Shown: piece by piece, positions 47,770 to 60,600 of the stretch
How the letters are laid out: every line of letters begins with the position of its first letter
Position numbering within the stretch: position 1 is the first letter of the stretch
Notes under the pieces: generated by a model
What the model saw: the letters and a program-made list of their open reading frames with translations, nothing else
The model's database searches: none
Told to the model about the DNA's origin: nothing
Position numbers and translations under genes: made by a program
NCBI GenBank assembly: GCA_002269645.1
Contig: NIVC01002785.1
Coordinates: 1 to 64,000 of the forward strand
Direction of reading: 5' to 3'
Length of the DNA stretch: 64,000 nucleotides
Origin: Macrostomum lignano
Taxonomy: Eukaryota

Positions 47770-49203
47770 AGGTCTGCAGGATAGGTTTTTTAGGTCTGCA
47801 GGATAGGTGTTTTAGGTCTGCAGGATAGGTGTTTTAGGTCTGCAGGATAGGTGTTTTAGGTCTGCAGGATAGGTGTTTTAGGTCTGCAGGATAGGTGTTT
47901 TAGGTCTGCAGGATAGGCGTGTTTTAGGTCTGCAGGATAGGTGTTTTAGGTCTGCAGGATAGGCGTGTTTTAGGTCTGCAGGATAGGTGTTTTAGGTCTG
48001 CAGGATAGGTGTTTTAGGTCTGCAGGATAGGTGTTTTAGGTCTGCAGGATAGATGTTTTAGGTCTGCAGGATAGGTGTTTTAGGTCTGCAGGATAGGCGT
48101 GTTTTAGGTCTGCAGGATAGGTGTTTTAGGTCTGCAGGATAGGTGTTTTAGGTCTGCAGGATAGGTGTTTTAGGTCTGCAGGATAGGTGTTTTAGGTCTG
48201 CATGATAGGTGTTTTAGGTCTGCAGGATAGGTGTTTTAGGTCTGCAGGATAGGTGTTTTAGGTCTGCAGGATAGGCGTGTTTTAGGTCTGCAGGATAGGC
48301 GTGTTTTAGTTCTGCATGATAGGTGTTTTAGGTCTGCATGATAGGTGTTTTAGGTCTGCAGGATAGGCGTGTTTTAGGTCTGCAGGATAGGTGTTTTAGG
48401 TCTGCAGGATAGGTGTTTTAGGTCTGCAGGATAGGTGTTTTAGGTCTGCAGGATAGGCGTGTTTTAGGTCTGCAGGATAGGCGTGTTTTAGGTCTGCAGG
48501 ATAGGCGTGTTTTAGGTCTGCAGGATAGGCGCGTTTTAGGTCTGCAGGATAGGCGTGTTTTAGGTCTGCAGGATAGGTGTTTTAGGTCTGCATGATAGGT
48601 GTTTTAGGTCTGTAGGATAGGTGTTTTAGGTCTGCAGGATAGGCGTGTTTTAGGTCTGCAGGATAGGTGTTTTAGGTCTGCAGGATAGGTGTTTTAGGTC
48701 TGCATGATAGGTGTTTTAGGTCTGTAGGATAGGTGTTTTAGGTCTGCAGGATAGGTGTTTTAGGTCTGCAGGATAGGTGTTTTAGGTCTGCATGATAGGT
48801 GTTTTAGGTCTGTAGGATAGGTGTTTTAGGTCTGCAGGATAGGCGTGTTTTAGGTCTGCAGGATAGGCGTGTTTTAGGTCTGCAGGATAGGTGTTTTAGG
48901 TCTGCATGATAGGTGTTTTAGGTCTGCAGGATAGGCGTGTTTTAGGTCTGCAGGATAGGCGTGTTTTAGGTCTGCAGGATAGGCGTGTTTTAGGTCTGCA
49001 GGATAGGTGTTTTAGGTCTGCAGGATAGGCGTGTTTTAGTTCCGCATGATAGGTGTTTTAGGTCTGCATGATAGGTGTTTTAGGTCTGCAGGATAGGCGT
49101 GTTTTAGGTCTGCAGGATAGGTGTTTTAGGTCTGCATGATAGGTGTTTTAGGTCTGCAGGATAGGCGTGTTTTAGGTCTGCAAGATAGGCGTGTTTTAGG
49201 TCT
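47770..49203. repeat. 22/24-bp minisatellite (TTTTAGGTCTGCAGGATAGGTG)n, second array
   Basis: About 63 tandem units, followed by the same unique flank as the 44150 array. Confidence 0.93.
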
Positions 49204-49643
49204 GATTTTGTCTCTTTGGAAGTTGATTTAGTGCTTTTTGTGTAGTGAATAATTTCCACAAAGCCCCTGTATCAGCATTTTACAAATAAGCAAAATTATT
49301 TTGCCAATAGGCGGTCAGTACTGGCTTGCTAAGAGTTTGTTAAAAGCTGAAGAAACTACAAATTAAAAAAAATGAATATCGTGGTTTAATAGTAAGTTAG
49401 ACAAGCAAGTCTGCTGCTGACATTGATCTAAACCAAATAAATAAAAAATAAAAAACGTAAACAGAGGATTTTGAGAATATTTTGATATGGAGGTTAGGTA
49501 CAGGCAATCGAGTCCATACTTAAAAAACAAAACTTGATGCTGAGGGATCTGGCAATTTGTTTATATGAGTTCAGCTGATTAAGTTTAGCGTAAATTTAGA
49601 GTTCCTATCGTATCAGAATCTTCTGCTGTTGCTAAGCAGTGGC

Positions 49644-50118
49644 TCACAGCCGGCAGCTGATGGCGGCCAGGGCGGCAGCTGGCAGCAGCAGCAGCCAGGA
49701 GAGGCTGCGGAGGCGCTCACCGGAGTTGCAGCGGTCCCTACCGCAGCAGTAGACGTAGTTTCCAGCGGAGTCCCTTCCCTCGATGCAAAGGCTGGCGCAT
49801 ACGCGGTTCACAGTTGTGGTGCCGTAGTACCTGTATTTCTGCAATTAGTCATGCGGAATGACATATGAGCTGGTCAGACTGACTGTCTGTCAGTTTTAAT
49901 TTAACTCACTCCGCAGTAGGTGCAGCCGTTAGCAATGGAGTTCTGGCTACTGTAGAATGTCTCGCTGCATGTTGTGCAGGTGTAGCACTGGATCGCATCG
50001 GCGCTGAGCGTCACGGCTGCAAGGGCGAACTATTGCAAATTAGAAATTAAGAAGCTAAGGTCAATAAGTCACTTCGCCACTCACCTCCGAGCACCAGGAG
50101 AAGCAGAGCGAAACGCAT
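49644..50118 (-). CDS. Ly6/three-finger (LU-domain) GPI-anchored protein A, complete (111 aa; exons 50118-50085, 50016-49910, 49838-49644)
   Basis: Signal MRFALLLLVLGAVTLSADA, a 10-Cys domain from IQCYTCTTC to YCCGRDRCN (the LU-domain C-terminal CCxxxxCN), and a hydrophobic C-terminal tail; splice phases 1 and 0 are consistent. Confidence 0.88.
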
Positions 50119-50544
50119 GGTTGCTCTTGGTAAGGGCTTGTACTTTTCTTCCTATAAGAGCTCTGTAGCTTTTTAAAAAATGTAGTTTGAGCTTATAGAC
50201 TGCATGGATGAGGGCAGTTTTATGTAGGGGTTTTGTTCCCATGACAAAGCTTCTCAAAAAAATTGAGAAGACAATAAGGCATTCCTAAGTGTAAGAAGCG
50301 GCAGGTTTGCTGCCTCACCCAACACGCAGCGCTGGATGCTAAAGGGCTGGGCATTGCACTGAGTTGCCGCGTCAGTTCATAGAAGGCTTAAAATCTATGC
50401 TTGTTTACCGCCAGTGTGGCATTCAATTTGACAGGCATTGTCCCATTTCTGCTATTCGCAATATTTTGCTCTAGTAGATGTGGGTGCGCCCCCTGCACAA
50501 ACATTTTAAGCCAGCTAGCCAGACAGTTGGGTACGATGCGGCGC

Positions 50545-50812
50545 TAAGTTCACGAAGATTTCTCAAATCTGTTTACAGTTGGTCTAGGGCTAAGTTCACG
50601 AAGATTTCTCAAATCTGTTTACAGTTGGTCTAGGGCTAAGTTCACGAAGATTTCTCAAATCTGTTTACAGTTGGTCTAGGGCTAAGTTCACGAAGATTTC
50701 TTAAATCTGTTTACAGTTGGTCTAGGGCTAAGTTCACGAAGATTTCTTAAATCTGTTTACAGTTGGTCTAGGGCTAAGTTCACGAAGATTTCTTAAATCT
50801 GTTTACAGTTGG
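50545..50812. repeat. 46-bp minisatellite (~6 units)
   Basis: (GGTCTAGGGCTAAGTTCACGAAGATTTCTCAAATCTGTTTACAGTT)n. Confidence 0.92.
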
Positions 50813-50924
50813 TCAAGCCCCGTTCTTAATTTGAGTTACGCTCGTACCTATGCATGCACCAGAGGCATAGCCAAATGGGGGGGGGGGGCGAGGGGGACCG
50901 CGGCCTTACAATTGGCTGGCAACA

Positions 50925-51030
50925 ATTGTGGCGCCCCTTGGTGCTGGCGCACCTTGGTGCTGGCGCCCCTTGGTGCTGGCGCCCCTTGGTGCTGGCGCCC
51001 CTTAGTGCTGGCGCCCCTTAGTGCTGGCGT
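50925..51030. repeat. 16-bp minisatellite (GCTGGCGCCCCTTGGT)n, short array
   Basis: Same unit as 10690-10925. Confidence 0.88.
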
Positions 51031-51597
51031 TCTTTCTTTTCCCGCCCGCTGTGTAGATGTACTCATACATAAATACAGAAATGTTTCAAGAACATCTGTT
51101 TGCAAACATATTTGGCTGGGGTATAAATATACAATACAACTTAAGGCCAACTTAAGCTAAAGTTCGTATGTACCCCAAATCAGTCAGTCTGACTGTCTCA
51201 ACACAGCATTGGCGTCGCAATCTGGGCCCCGCAAGCTAGGTTTTCCTTGTAATGGTTTAAAATTTTTCAATTTATTTAAGTTTTTGGAGCAGTGCAGCAA
51301 TTGGCTGGCACTGAAAATCAAAACCAAGCCAGTAACTATTACAGAAGGGAGTTAGTTATCGCAAAAGACAAAAAATGAACAGAGCTCACTGGGACTGTTT
51401 GCTGCAAATGAAGTACACAGGTAGAATAACTAGAGTCTAATAACTAGAATATTTGTTAAAACTAGTAAAATACTAACAAAACCCATCAACTGGTGAAATA
51501 TCCTATGTAACGGGTAATTTAATTATGACAGTGAGTTGTCTACAGTTTACTCGTTGTTATCTTGGGTAGTAGTGACTTGCAAGTTGCAAGTTACAAA

Positions 51598-53299
51598 TTA
51601 AGGCACAGTTGGCTCAGATATGAAATGAATTGTAGTTGACAATAGCTTGCAGTAGACACGTGCTATATTGAGGATGATTAAGGGGCGCTTATAGCGCTGC
51701 CAGGTGGCTTCGAAGTCACTGTGGGCTGATTCAACAGGCTGTTCACTGAAGCTACCAAGTCCCTTGCCAAACTTACTGCAGAATGCTGGCACATGGTCAA
51801 AAAGCGCGTGCATCTTTGGCGTCACTGGAAGCTCGATGTACCTGCATGTTGTCTGGAAGCGAGCAATGTGGAGACTAAAGTCAGCTGCCAGACTTTGGCC
51901 AAAGCAAGCTTCGCGCACAGCATTGAAGTCATGAAGTGCAGTTGCGTAGAGCTTCAGGTGTGCAGGCAGCACGCTCCACAGCTCACCCGTCTTCAGGAGG
52001 AGCTTCTTGCATGCTGGGCCCTCCAGGCAACCTCCGTGGTACTGCTGCCGGCAGATGCCTGCTTCATAGGCCCACTCGTAGGCCAATTGCCTCCCCAGCT
52101 TTCATTGAGAGCATCAAGCAGCCGGTTTACAATGCCAAGCATCATGTGCAACTCTGGCGGTGGTACCAAGTCTAGCAGTTCAGCAGAGTCGCTCCCAGGT
52201 AGCAGTGGGGGCTGGACGCAGTTGGCAAAGTTTTTTTGGCTAGAGGCTGGTGTCCACCAGCTGCCTGAAACTCACCTGCAAGGCGTTGAATTGAGCCGAG
52301 CGTCCGCCTTTGTGCTGGCACTTCCCATGGCGGCCTGCCCTCACAGTGCAGGCAGGGATGCGATGAAGAGTGGCTCTGGATCCCGCTAATAATGTTGGCG
52401 AGTTTAAAATCGCAGGCTAACGTGAAGTTGATGAAGGTAATGTCGATGGTTGACATTAGTACACTAACGTTCTGGTAGCATTCTCTGACATCCTCAACAA
52501 GGGCTGCAGGATGAGGATCTTTTTCACTCCTGTGGCGCCCACCAAGAGACAGTGGCGCCCACCAAGAGACAGTGGCAGTGACTCATCCCCCTCTCTTGCG
52601 CAACCTTTTCTCACGCCATTGTACGTTTCTCTGATCACCTGAGCCGCACGTAGCGTCTGGCTGGTGCTGAGGTTCAGTGCAGTCTTCATGGCCCGCATTG
52701 TGCTATGTTGCAGCGATGCAATCTCAGTAGTTGATGTACCAGCCACTTGAACTTGGAGTGGGCGTCCACCTGTGCCAGAAGTCAAGCTTGCAGTTGCTAA
52801 GGAGCCAGAAGAGGTGGCTGCACCCAGCTTCTCACGCAGAAGACCGCAGGCTACGTGCTCCCTTGAGTTTGGGCTTAGGGCATCAAGATAGCGCAGCTTT
52901 GCCGCCTGTCCACACTCGTGCCTCAATCCACGCGCCACTGGCGATGAGCACGTCTCACAGCGGTTGACAACACTGTTTCCCATCGGCCCAGTTGCATTAT
53001 TTGGAGCCAAGTGGCGTCATGATCCCTGCTGTAGACTTATCTGGCATGAAGCGGTGATACACTGCCACATTCTTGTTGGCTCTGCTGGATCCCACATGGC
53101 ACATCCAGCAGTTGCACTCGGGGCGTTCGCGAGTGAGTGGTGGAAGATCGCGCAGATCTGCAATAACTTGCTCGTAGAGCATTCTTGGTGGCAGAGGTGT
53201 TGGTGCAAGGCTGTTTTGCGACATCAGCTTGATTCTGCAACAATTGCAGATACTGGAAGCCAGAAATCCTCGATGGCCCTGGAGTGAATTATTCAGCAC
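51598..53299 (-). mobile_element. Fragmented Chapaev/Transib-like (RAG1-core-related) DDE transposase
   Basis: CNCWMC and C..C...RG..H.C zinc motifs, ACDFKLANIISGIQSHSSSHPCLHC, VPPPELHMMLGIV and TPKMHALFDHV...GLGSFSEQPVES; several frameshifts; termini not identified. Confidence 0.7.
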
Positions 53300-53849
53300 A
53301 ATATTGTGAGCAGAAACACAATTTTCAGGTGTACAGCGATTTTAGCCAGGTATGGGCAGGTAAAAGAGCACTTATGAACCAAAAGTGACTGAGAAAGAAG
53401 AGAAATATAAATCCTATCTAGTTTTAGTCTTTTCATAGGTGCAGGATAGTCACCATGTTCTTCCCTAAGCTTCTAGTCCTTCTTGTAGTACCCACCTGGT
53501 ACAAAACATCTGTGTACTAATTAGCACACCTGTACGCTATACAGACAATGCGATAGGATTTCAACGATTGCTTTTTTGGACTTCTGTTAAGTCAAAGATT
53601 CATGGGAAATCAGTATTTTTCAGGGTATATTTCATTGACCAAACTCACTCTTCAGGGGAGACGTGGGGGTTTTGAGTTTTAAGTGAATATGAGTTGCCAG
53701 CCCAGCCGAGGAGGCCGCCACTGCAAATTAAATAAGCGCCAAAAAAGTACACAGTGCATAGAATAGCTCCTGGCACATTGTTGGTGCCACGGATCAACAT
53801 CTCGCCACCAGAGCAATTCCTGCCACAACAGGGACCGCCAACGAGGCCG

Positions 53850-54150
53850 TGGAATGACTGGAAGAGCCAGTTTGGCAACAACATGTACCTTTGTGGCGGC
53901 GACAAGACACGAGAAAGAGGTGCTGAAGGATAGCGGATCCTCTTGGCGATGCAGGCATCGCGCCACCACAGAATTCGAGTCGGGAACAGACCCCGCCGGG
54001 ATTCGACGGGACCGTGAAGCTGCTGAAGGAGCAGTTTGGTGGCAAGACCAACGTGGCGACGCTGAGCGCCACAGTTTTCGGCAGCGAGGGCAGCCACCCG
54101 GGAAGAAAATTGCTTGTAGAGCATCATTGAGTCACAAAACTCTACTACAA
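53850..54150 (+). mobile_element. LTR-retrotransposon gag-like fragment
   Basis: DWKSQFGNNM, FDGTVKLLKEQFGGKTN and FRQRGQPPG in shifting frames. Confidence 0.4.
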
Positions 54151-54384
54151 CGACAGCAGCGAGGAGGACCCAGTGGAGCTCCAGGTGAACGCCGTCCTGT
54201 TAATGTGGGCACTGCAGATCGTGAGCCCAAGCGAACTGGCCCAAGCATCTCTACAGGACCCGGAGGTCAGCCGTTCTGGCTGATCAAGGAGCAGCTCCCA
54301 GTCTGGAATGAAGGCAAGTGCCTGGCGAATGGGTTGCGCGCGGCTGGTGATTCCCGCTTCGCTGAGGGAGAACTGCTGGCGCAC

Positions 54385-56462
54385 TCTCTGTCCCTCCCGC
54401 TTTCCTCTCTCTGTCTCTCCCCGCTTTCCCCTCTCTGTCTCTTCCCGCTTTCCCCTCTGTCTCACTCCGCTTTCCCCTCTCTCTGTCTCACTCCGCTTTC
54501 CCCTCTCTCCCCTCTGTCTTGTCTTTCCCCGCTTTCCTCTCTGTCTCTTCCCGCTTTCCCCTCTCTGTCTCTTCCCGCTTTCCCCTCTCTGTCTCACTCC
54601 GCTTTCCCCTCTCTCTGTCTCACTCCGCTTTCCCCTCTATGTCTTTCCCCGCTTTCCCCTCTGTCTCTTCCCGCTTTCCCCTATCTGTCTCTTCCCGCTT
54701 TCCCCTCTGTCTCTCCCCGCTTTCCCCTCTCTGTCTCACTCCGCTTTCCCCTCTCTTTGTCTCACTCCGCTTTCCCCTCTGTCTCTTCCCGCTTTCCCCT
54801 ATCTGTCTCTTCCCGCTTTCCCCTCTGTCTCTTCCCGCTTTCCCCTCTCTGTCTCACTCCGCTTTCCCCTCTCTGTCTCTCCCCGCTTTCCCCCTCTGTC
54901 TCTCCCCGCTTTCCCCTCTCTGTCTCTCCCCGCTTTCCCCTCTCTGTCTCTTCCCGCTTTCCCCTCTCTGTCTCTCCCCGCTTTCCCCTCTCTGTCTCTT
55001 CCCGCTTTCCCCTCTCTGTCTCTCCCCGCTTTCCCCTCTCTGTCTCTTCCCGCTTTCCCTCTCTGTCTCTCCCCGCTTTCCTCTCTGTCTCTTCCCGCTT
55101 TCCCCTCTGTCTCTTCCCGCTTTCCCCTCTGTCTCTTCCCGCTTTCCCCTCTCTGTCTCACTCCGCTTTCCCCTCTCTGTCTCTCCCCGCTTTCCCCTCT
55201 CTGTCTCTCCCCGCTTTCCCCTCTCTGTCTCTCCCCGCTTTCCCCTCTCTGTCTCTCCCCGCTTTCCCCTCTCTGTCTTTCCCCGCTTTCTCTTCTCTGT
55301 CTCTCCCCGCTTTCCTCTCTGTCTTTCCCCGCTTTCTCTTCTCTGTCTCTCCCCGCTTTCCTCTCTGTCTCTCCCCGCTTTCTCCTCTGTCTCTCCCCTC
55401 TTTCCCATCTCTGTCTCTCCCGCTTTCTCCTCTGTCTCTCCCCTCTTTCCCATCTCTGTCTCTCCCCGCTTTCCCCTCTCTGTCTTTCCCCGCTTTCTCC
55501 TCTCTGTCTCTCCCCGCTTTCCCCTCTCTGTCTCACTCCGCTTTCCCCTCTCTGTCTCTCCCCGCTTTCTCCTCTCTGTCTCTCCCCGCTTTCCCCTCTC
55601 TGTCTCTCCCCGCTTTCCCCTCTCTGTCTCTCCCCGCTTTCCCCTCTCTGTCTTTCCCCGCTTTCTCTTCTCTGTCTCTCCCCGCTTTCCTCTCTGTCTT
55701 TCCCCGCTTTCTCTTCTCTGTCTCTCCCCGCTTTCCCCTCTCTGTCTCTCCCCGCTTTCTCCTCTCTCTCCCCTCTTTCCCATCTCTGTCTTTCCCCGCT
55801 TTCCCTCTGTCTCTCCCGCTTTCCTCTCTGTCTCCCCCGCTTTCCCTCTGTCTCTCCCCGCTTTCCTCTCTGTCTCTCCCCGCTTTCCCTCTGTCTCCCC
55901 CTTTTCTCTGTCTCTCCCGCTTTCCCTCTCTGCTCTTCCCCGCTTTCTCTCTCTGTCTCGCTTTCCCCTCTCTGTCTCTTCCCCGCTTTCCCCTCTCTGT
56001 CTCTCCCCGCTTTCCCCTCTCTGTCTCTCCGCTTTCCCCTCTCTGTCTCTCCCCGCTTTCCCCTCTCTGTCTTCCCCGCTTTCTCCTCTCTGTCTCTGCT
56101 TTCCCCTCTCTGTCTCTCCCCGCTTTCCCCTCTCTGTCTCTCCCCGCTTTCCCCTCTCTGTCTCTCCCCGCTTTCCCCTCTCTCCCTCACTGTCTGCTTT
56201 CCCCACTGTCTCTCCCCGCTTTCCCCTCTCTGTCTCTTCCCCGCTTTCCCCTCTGTCTCTCCGCTTTCCCCTCTCTCCCCTCTGTCTTTCCCCGCTTTCC
56301 CCTCTGTCTCTCCCCGCTTTCCCCTCTCTGTCTCTTCCCCGCTTTCCCTCTGTCTCTGTCCCCCGCTTTCCCCTCTCTGTCTCTCTCCGCTTTCCCCTCT
56401 GTCTCTCTCCGCTTTCCCCTCTCTGTCTCTCCTCGCTTTCCCCTCTCTCTCCGCTGTCCCCT
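54385..56462. repeat. Pyrimidine-rich degenerate ~20-22-bp minisatellite (CTCTGTCTCTCCCCGCTTTCCC)n
   Basis: About 2.1 kb of tandem units; source of the long spurious ORFs. Confidence 0.95.
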
Positions 56463-57527
56463 CTTTAAAAGTTCATCAAGAACTTTAACAGGCTCCTTAG
56501 TAAAGTCAAAGTGAAACAGAAATAAATTGTAAACCTAAATCTGGAGCTGCAAATTTCCCACTCGTCACGGTTGCGTGTTAAACAAACTGGATACGAGTGG
56601 CGAGAAAAGTTTACGTTTAAACTGAGATGCTCCCGAATAACATTTCAAGTTTGCTGCACCCGCCCCTTCTCATTTTGCATGGCCTGCGCGAATATAGGCT
56701 GGGTCTAGCAACACGCCAAATGCTTGCCACTCAATATTAGTAAAAGCATAGGCAGGTCGCGCGCACGGTTGCTATGCAAGTTTTCAACAAAAATATTTAT
56801 AAAAAATGTCATAAATCTTTCCGAATCCAACTGTCACCAACCCCCCTTTGAGCAGCCGAGCAGCCCCAAACCAGTGCTGTCGACCCCCTGGGGGTAGTTG
56901 AAGCCCCACTTCAGAAAACCCCTCTGCTAAATAGACACGCGGTGTGCTGTGGTTTCAGCCTCAAAATTATCAGGAGCAGTGGCCCTGGAAATTATAATTG
57001 TCTTTTCAAATTCATGTGCGCACCTATCCATACCTGAGAGTTTTGGGGGCCTTTCGTTTGGGGCTAGAGAGATTCGTTTCTGTTTCTACAGCTTTCCTCA
57101 CGAGTGCACACAATAGCCGACCTCAAATGGAACACCGCCTGTCAAGGCGAGCCCGAAACCTTAGCTATCACTTCTGTATTTTTGCTAGATGAGGCGCCTG
57201 CTATGGGTTTGTTATACTGTAGTCCCACAGATTCTGAGTTTATTTGCAATTGCAACTGCGTCAAATTATTTTTGAAAATAGAATGCCAGTCCAATAGGAC
57301 AATTACAGAACTGCGTAACAGAAAACTGGAGCCATCACCCGCCTCTGCACACACTTAGAAGCATGGATGCTTGAATGGTGCAACCAACCCCATGAGGCTC
57401 CATAGCAACCGCTGGCGGTGTATATAATTACCCGAGCTGAGCGGCAACGGCACCCAGCCAAGCCGAGCTTCAACAGCCTTCAATTCCATAGCCATATTTT
57501 GCCGTTCGCTGTTGCGCCTGCCACAGA

Positions 57528-58062
57528 ATGCGCGTCGCCCTGCTACTGCTTGTGCTCGGAGGTAAATTCCTTGTAGCTTAATAGCCATCTTATTTGATAG
57601 CAGTAATCTATAATCATTTTAAACTCCACCCTTCCCGGTTGAAATCCCGCAGCCTCCATGCTGACCGCTGAGGCCATCAGTTGCAATTTTCTCTGCAGAG
57701 ATCAATTTCAAGAGCAGCGAAGTGACATCATACCGGCTGCATATGCGGGGTGATGCTAGATTTTTATCGATACTTAGCTACTGCAATAAGCACTGGTGCG
57801 GACAATCGCGCAAAATCTAATTGCGCATTTAAACAATTGAGCGTCATCAGACACGGTGCTCATCTTCTTTTGTTGTATTTGATTTGCGCTTGGGTGGTTT
57901 GTTAGGCCTTCAGTATCCCACCGCTGGCACCAAATATTGTACCTGTGCTTCTCTGGCTGCGCTAGCACAGTGTTGTAGGCTCTCCGTCTTCTGCAATCGG
58001 AAGCCTTCTCAGTAGCGTTGGTAGTGCTGTCACCAGTCACTTCGGGTCTCAGCCTTCGGTGA
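57528..58062 (+). pseudogene. Ly6/three-finger pseudogene E (exon 1 57528-57561, frameshifted exon 2 from 57653, degenerate exon 3 ~57913-58062)
   Basis: MRVALLLLVLG|gtaaat; ASMLTAEAISC then a frameshift; CCRLSVFCN and FSVALVVLSPVTSGLSLR* in different frames; GTATATAA at ~57419. Confidence 0.6.
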
Positions 58063-58294
58063 GGTGAGGATCCCGTCGGAAAGAAATAACAAAGAAGAGA
58101 GAACACAGCACTTCAGGCAGATTTGCGATTTTACATGTAGACTAATTAATAGTCAGCAGATCCTACCGGGCTCAGTGGGTCGGCTGGGAGGACGGTGTTA
58201 GCCTCAGAGCAGACTCAGAGGTCTGGATTTAGGAGGGGAACTGTTTTACGAAATGTTATACAAATATGCACACAATTTCTCCTTGGTGCAATTA

Positions 58295-59850
58295 TGGCGC
58301 TCACTACTGGCGCCCCAAGATTCTGGCACTCATTACTGGCGCCCCAAGATTCTGGCACTCTTTACTGGCGCCCCAAGATTCTGGCACTCATTACTGGCGC
58401 CCCAAGATTCTGGCACTCATTACTGGCGCCCCAAGATTCTGGCACTCATTACTGGCGCCCCAAGATTCTGGCACTCATTACTGGCGCCCCAAGATTCTGG
58501 CACTCATTACTGGCGCCCCAAGATTCTGGCACTCATTACTGGCGCCCTAAGATTCTGGCACTCATTACTGGCGCCCCAAGATTCTGGCACTCATTACTGG
58601 CGCCCCAAGATTCTGGCACTCATTACTGGCGCCCCAAGATTCTGGTACTCATTACTGGCGCCCCAAGATTCTGGCACTCATTACTGGCGCCCCAAGATTC
58701 TGGCACTCATTACTGGCGCCCTAAGATTCTGGCACTCATTACTGGCGCCCCAAGATTCTGGCACTCATTACTGGCGCCCAAGATTCTGGCACTCATTACT
58801 GGCGCCCCAAGATTCTGGCACTCATTACTGGCGCCCCAAGATTCTGGCACTCATTACTGGCGCCCCAAGATTCTGGCACTCATTACTGGCGCCCCAAGAT
58901 TCTGGCACTCATTACTGGCGCCCTAAGATTCTGGCACTCATTACTGGCGCCCTAAGATATTGGCACTCATTACTGGCGCCCCAAGATTCTGGCACTCATT
59001 ACTGGCGCCCCAAGATTCTGGTACTCTTTACTGGCGCCCCAAGATTCTGGCACTCATTACTGGCGCCCCAAGATTCTGGCACTCATTACTGGCGCCCCAA
59101 GATTCTGGCACTCATTACTGGCGCCCCAAGATTCTGGCACTCATTACTGGCGCCCCAAGATTCTGGCACTCATTACTGGCGCCCCAAGATTCTGGCACTC
59201 TTTACTGGCGCCCCAAGATTCTGGCACTCATTACTGGCGCCCAAGATTCTGGCACTCATTACTGGCGTCCTAAGATTCTGGCACTCATTACTGGCGCCCT
59301 AAGATTCTGGCACTCATTACTGGCGCCCCAAGATTCTGGCACTCATTACTGGCGCCCCAAGATTCTGGCACTCATTACTGGCGTCCTAAGATTCTGGCAC
59401 TCATTACTGGCGCCCCAAGATTCTGGCACTCATTACTGGCGCCCCAAGATTCTGGCACTCATTACTGGCGCCCCAAGATTCTGGCACTCATTACTGGCGC
59501 CCCAAGATTCTGGCACTCATTACTGGCGCCCTAAGATTCTGGCACTCATTACTGGCGCCCCAAGATTCTGGCACTCATTACTGGCGCCCTAAGATTCTGG
59601 CACTCATTACTGGCGCCCCAAGATTCTGGCACTCATTACTGGCGCCCTAAGATTCTGGCACTCATTACTGGCGCCCTAAGATATTGGCACTCATTACTGG
59701 CGCCCCAAGATTCTGGCACTCATTACTGGCGCCCCAAGATTCTAGTACTCACTACTGGCGCCCCTTCCGATTCAAGCGCTCATTACTAGCGGCCCGAGAT
59801 TCTAGAACTCTCTATACTGACGCCCCAAGATTCTGGCGCTTATTACTGGC
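58295..59850. repeat. 29-bp minisatellite (CTGGCACTCATTACTGGCGCCCCAAGATT)n
   Basis: About 52 units; related to the 45622 array, with further degenerate units at 60105-60240. Confidence 0.94.
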
Positions 59851-60600
59851 ACTGCAGTGACTTGGCTTGTGTTGTGTGGGGTGCTGGGGGTTACTGCGTA
59901 CACTTTACCATCGTGCTCTTTAACTCTCTCCTTCGCTTGTTCTTTTGTGCGTACGTGCACGTGACTAATATGTCTATTTTACAGTCCCCAAATTATTGAT
60001 CGGTTAAAATAACTATTTCGACAAAAAAAACATATATGAATGATTTTATCATGCTATCGCATAAGCATCTTTCTGCCATGTAAACTAAGTGAAGTCTTTA
60101 CAGGCACCCCTCAATTCTGGCGCTCACTACTGGCGCCCCTTCGATTCTAGCGCTCATTACCATGTCACCCCAAGAATTTAGCGGTCATTACTGGCACCCC
60201 TCAATTCTGGCGCTCATTACCGGCGCCCCTCGGTTCTGGCGATTGTCGTTACTGTCGCTCTAGGTTGCTGGGGTCCCATATTGCTGGCAACCACACATTA
60301 AAGAATGAATGGACTACGCCCATGCAGAAACCGTGCATAAAAGCCAATTAAATGGTACAACCGTGGAAAGTGGACCGCGGGGAATTCACATCGAGTTGAG
60401 TTTTTCGCAGACTTCACCCACAGTTCTCAGCGGACAATTTCACACACTAGCTGCTTGCACGCGCAGTTCCACAGCCACGCCCAGAGCCAAACCTCGTGTA
60501 TATACGAGGAGGCGCTCCGGTTCCTGCTATTCTAACAAAGTTCACAATCCTGAAGACTTTCCGAAGAGCTGCCAAATCTAAACACAGATCCGCAAGCGCA

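Noticed and set aside
51203-51240. CACAGCATTGGCGTCGC as a possible Chapaev TIR
   Set aside because: No matching inverted copy was found at the other side of the transposase, and it also resembles the small GGCGTxGC-type MITE ends seen nearby.
53854-56514. Very long ORFs (886, 726, 649, 463 and 450 aa)
   Set aside because: They are stop-free translations of a pyrimidine-rich minisatellite, open in several frames on both strands; only the short gag-like 5' part looks coding.
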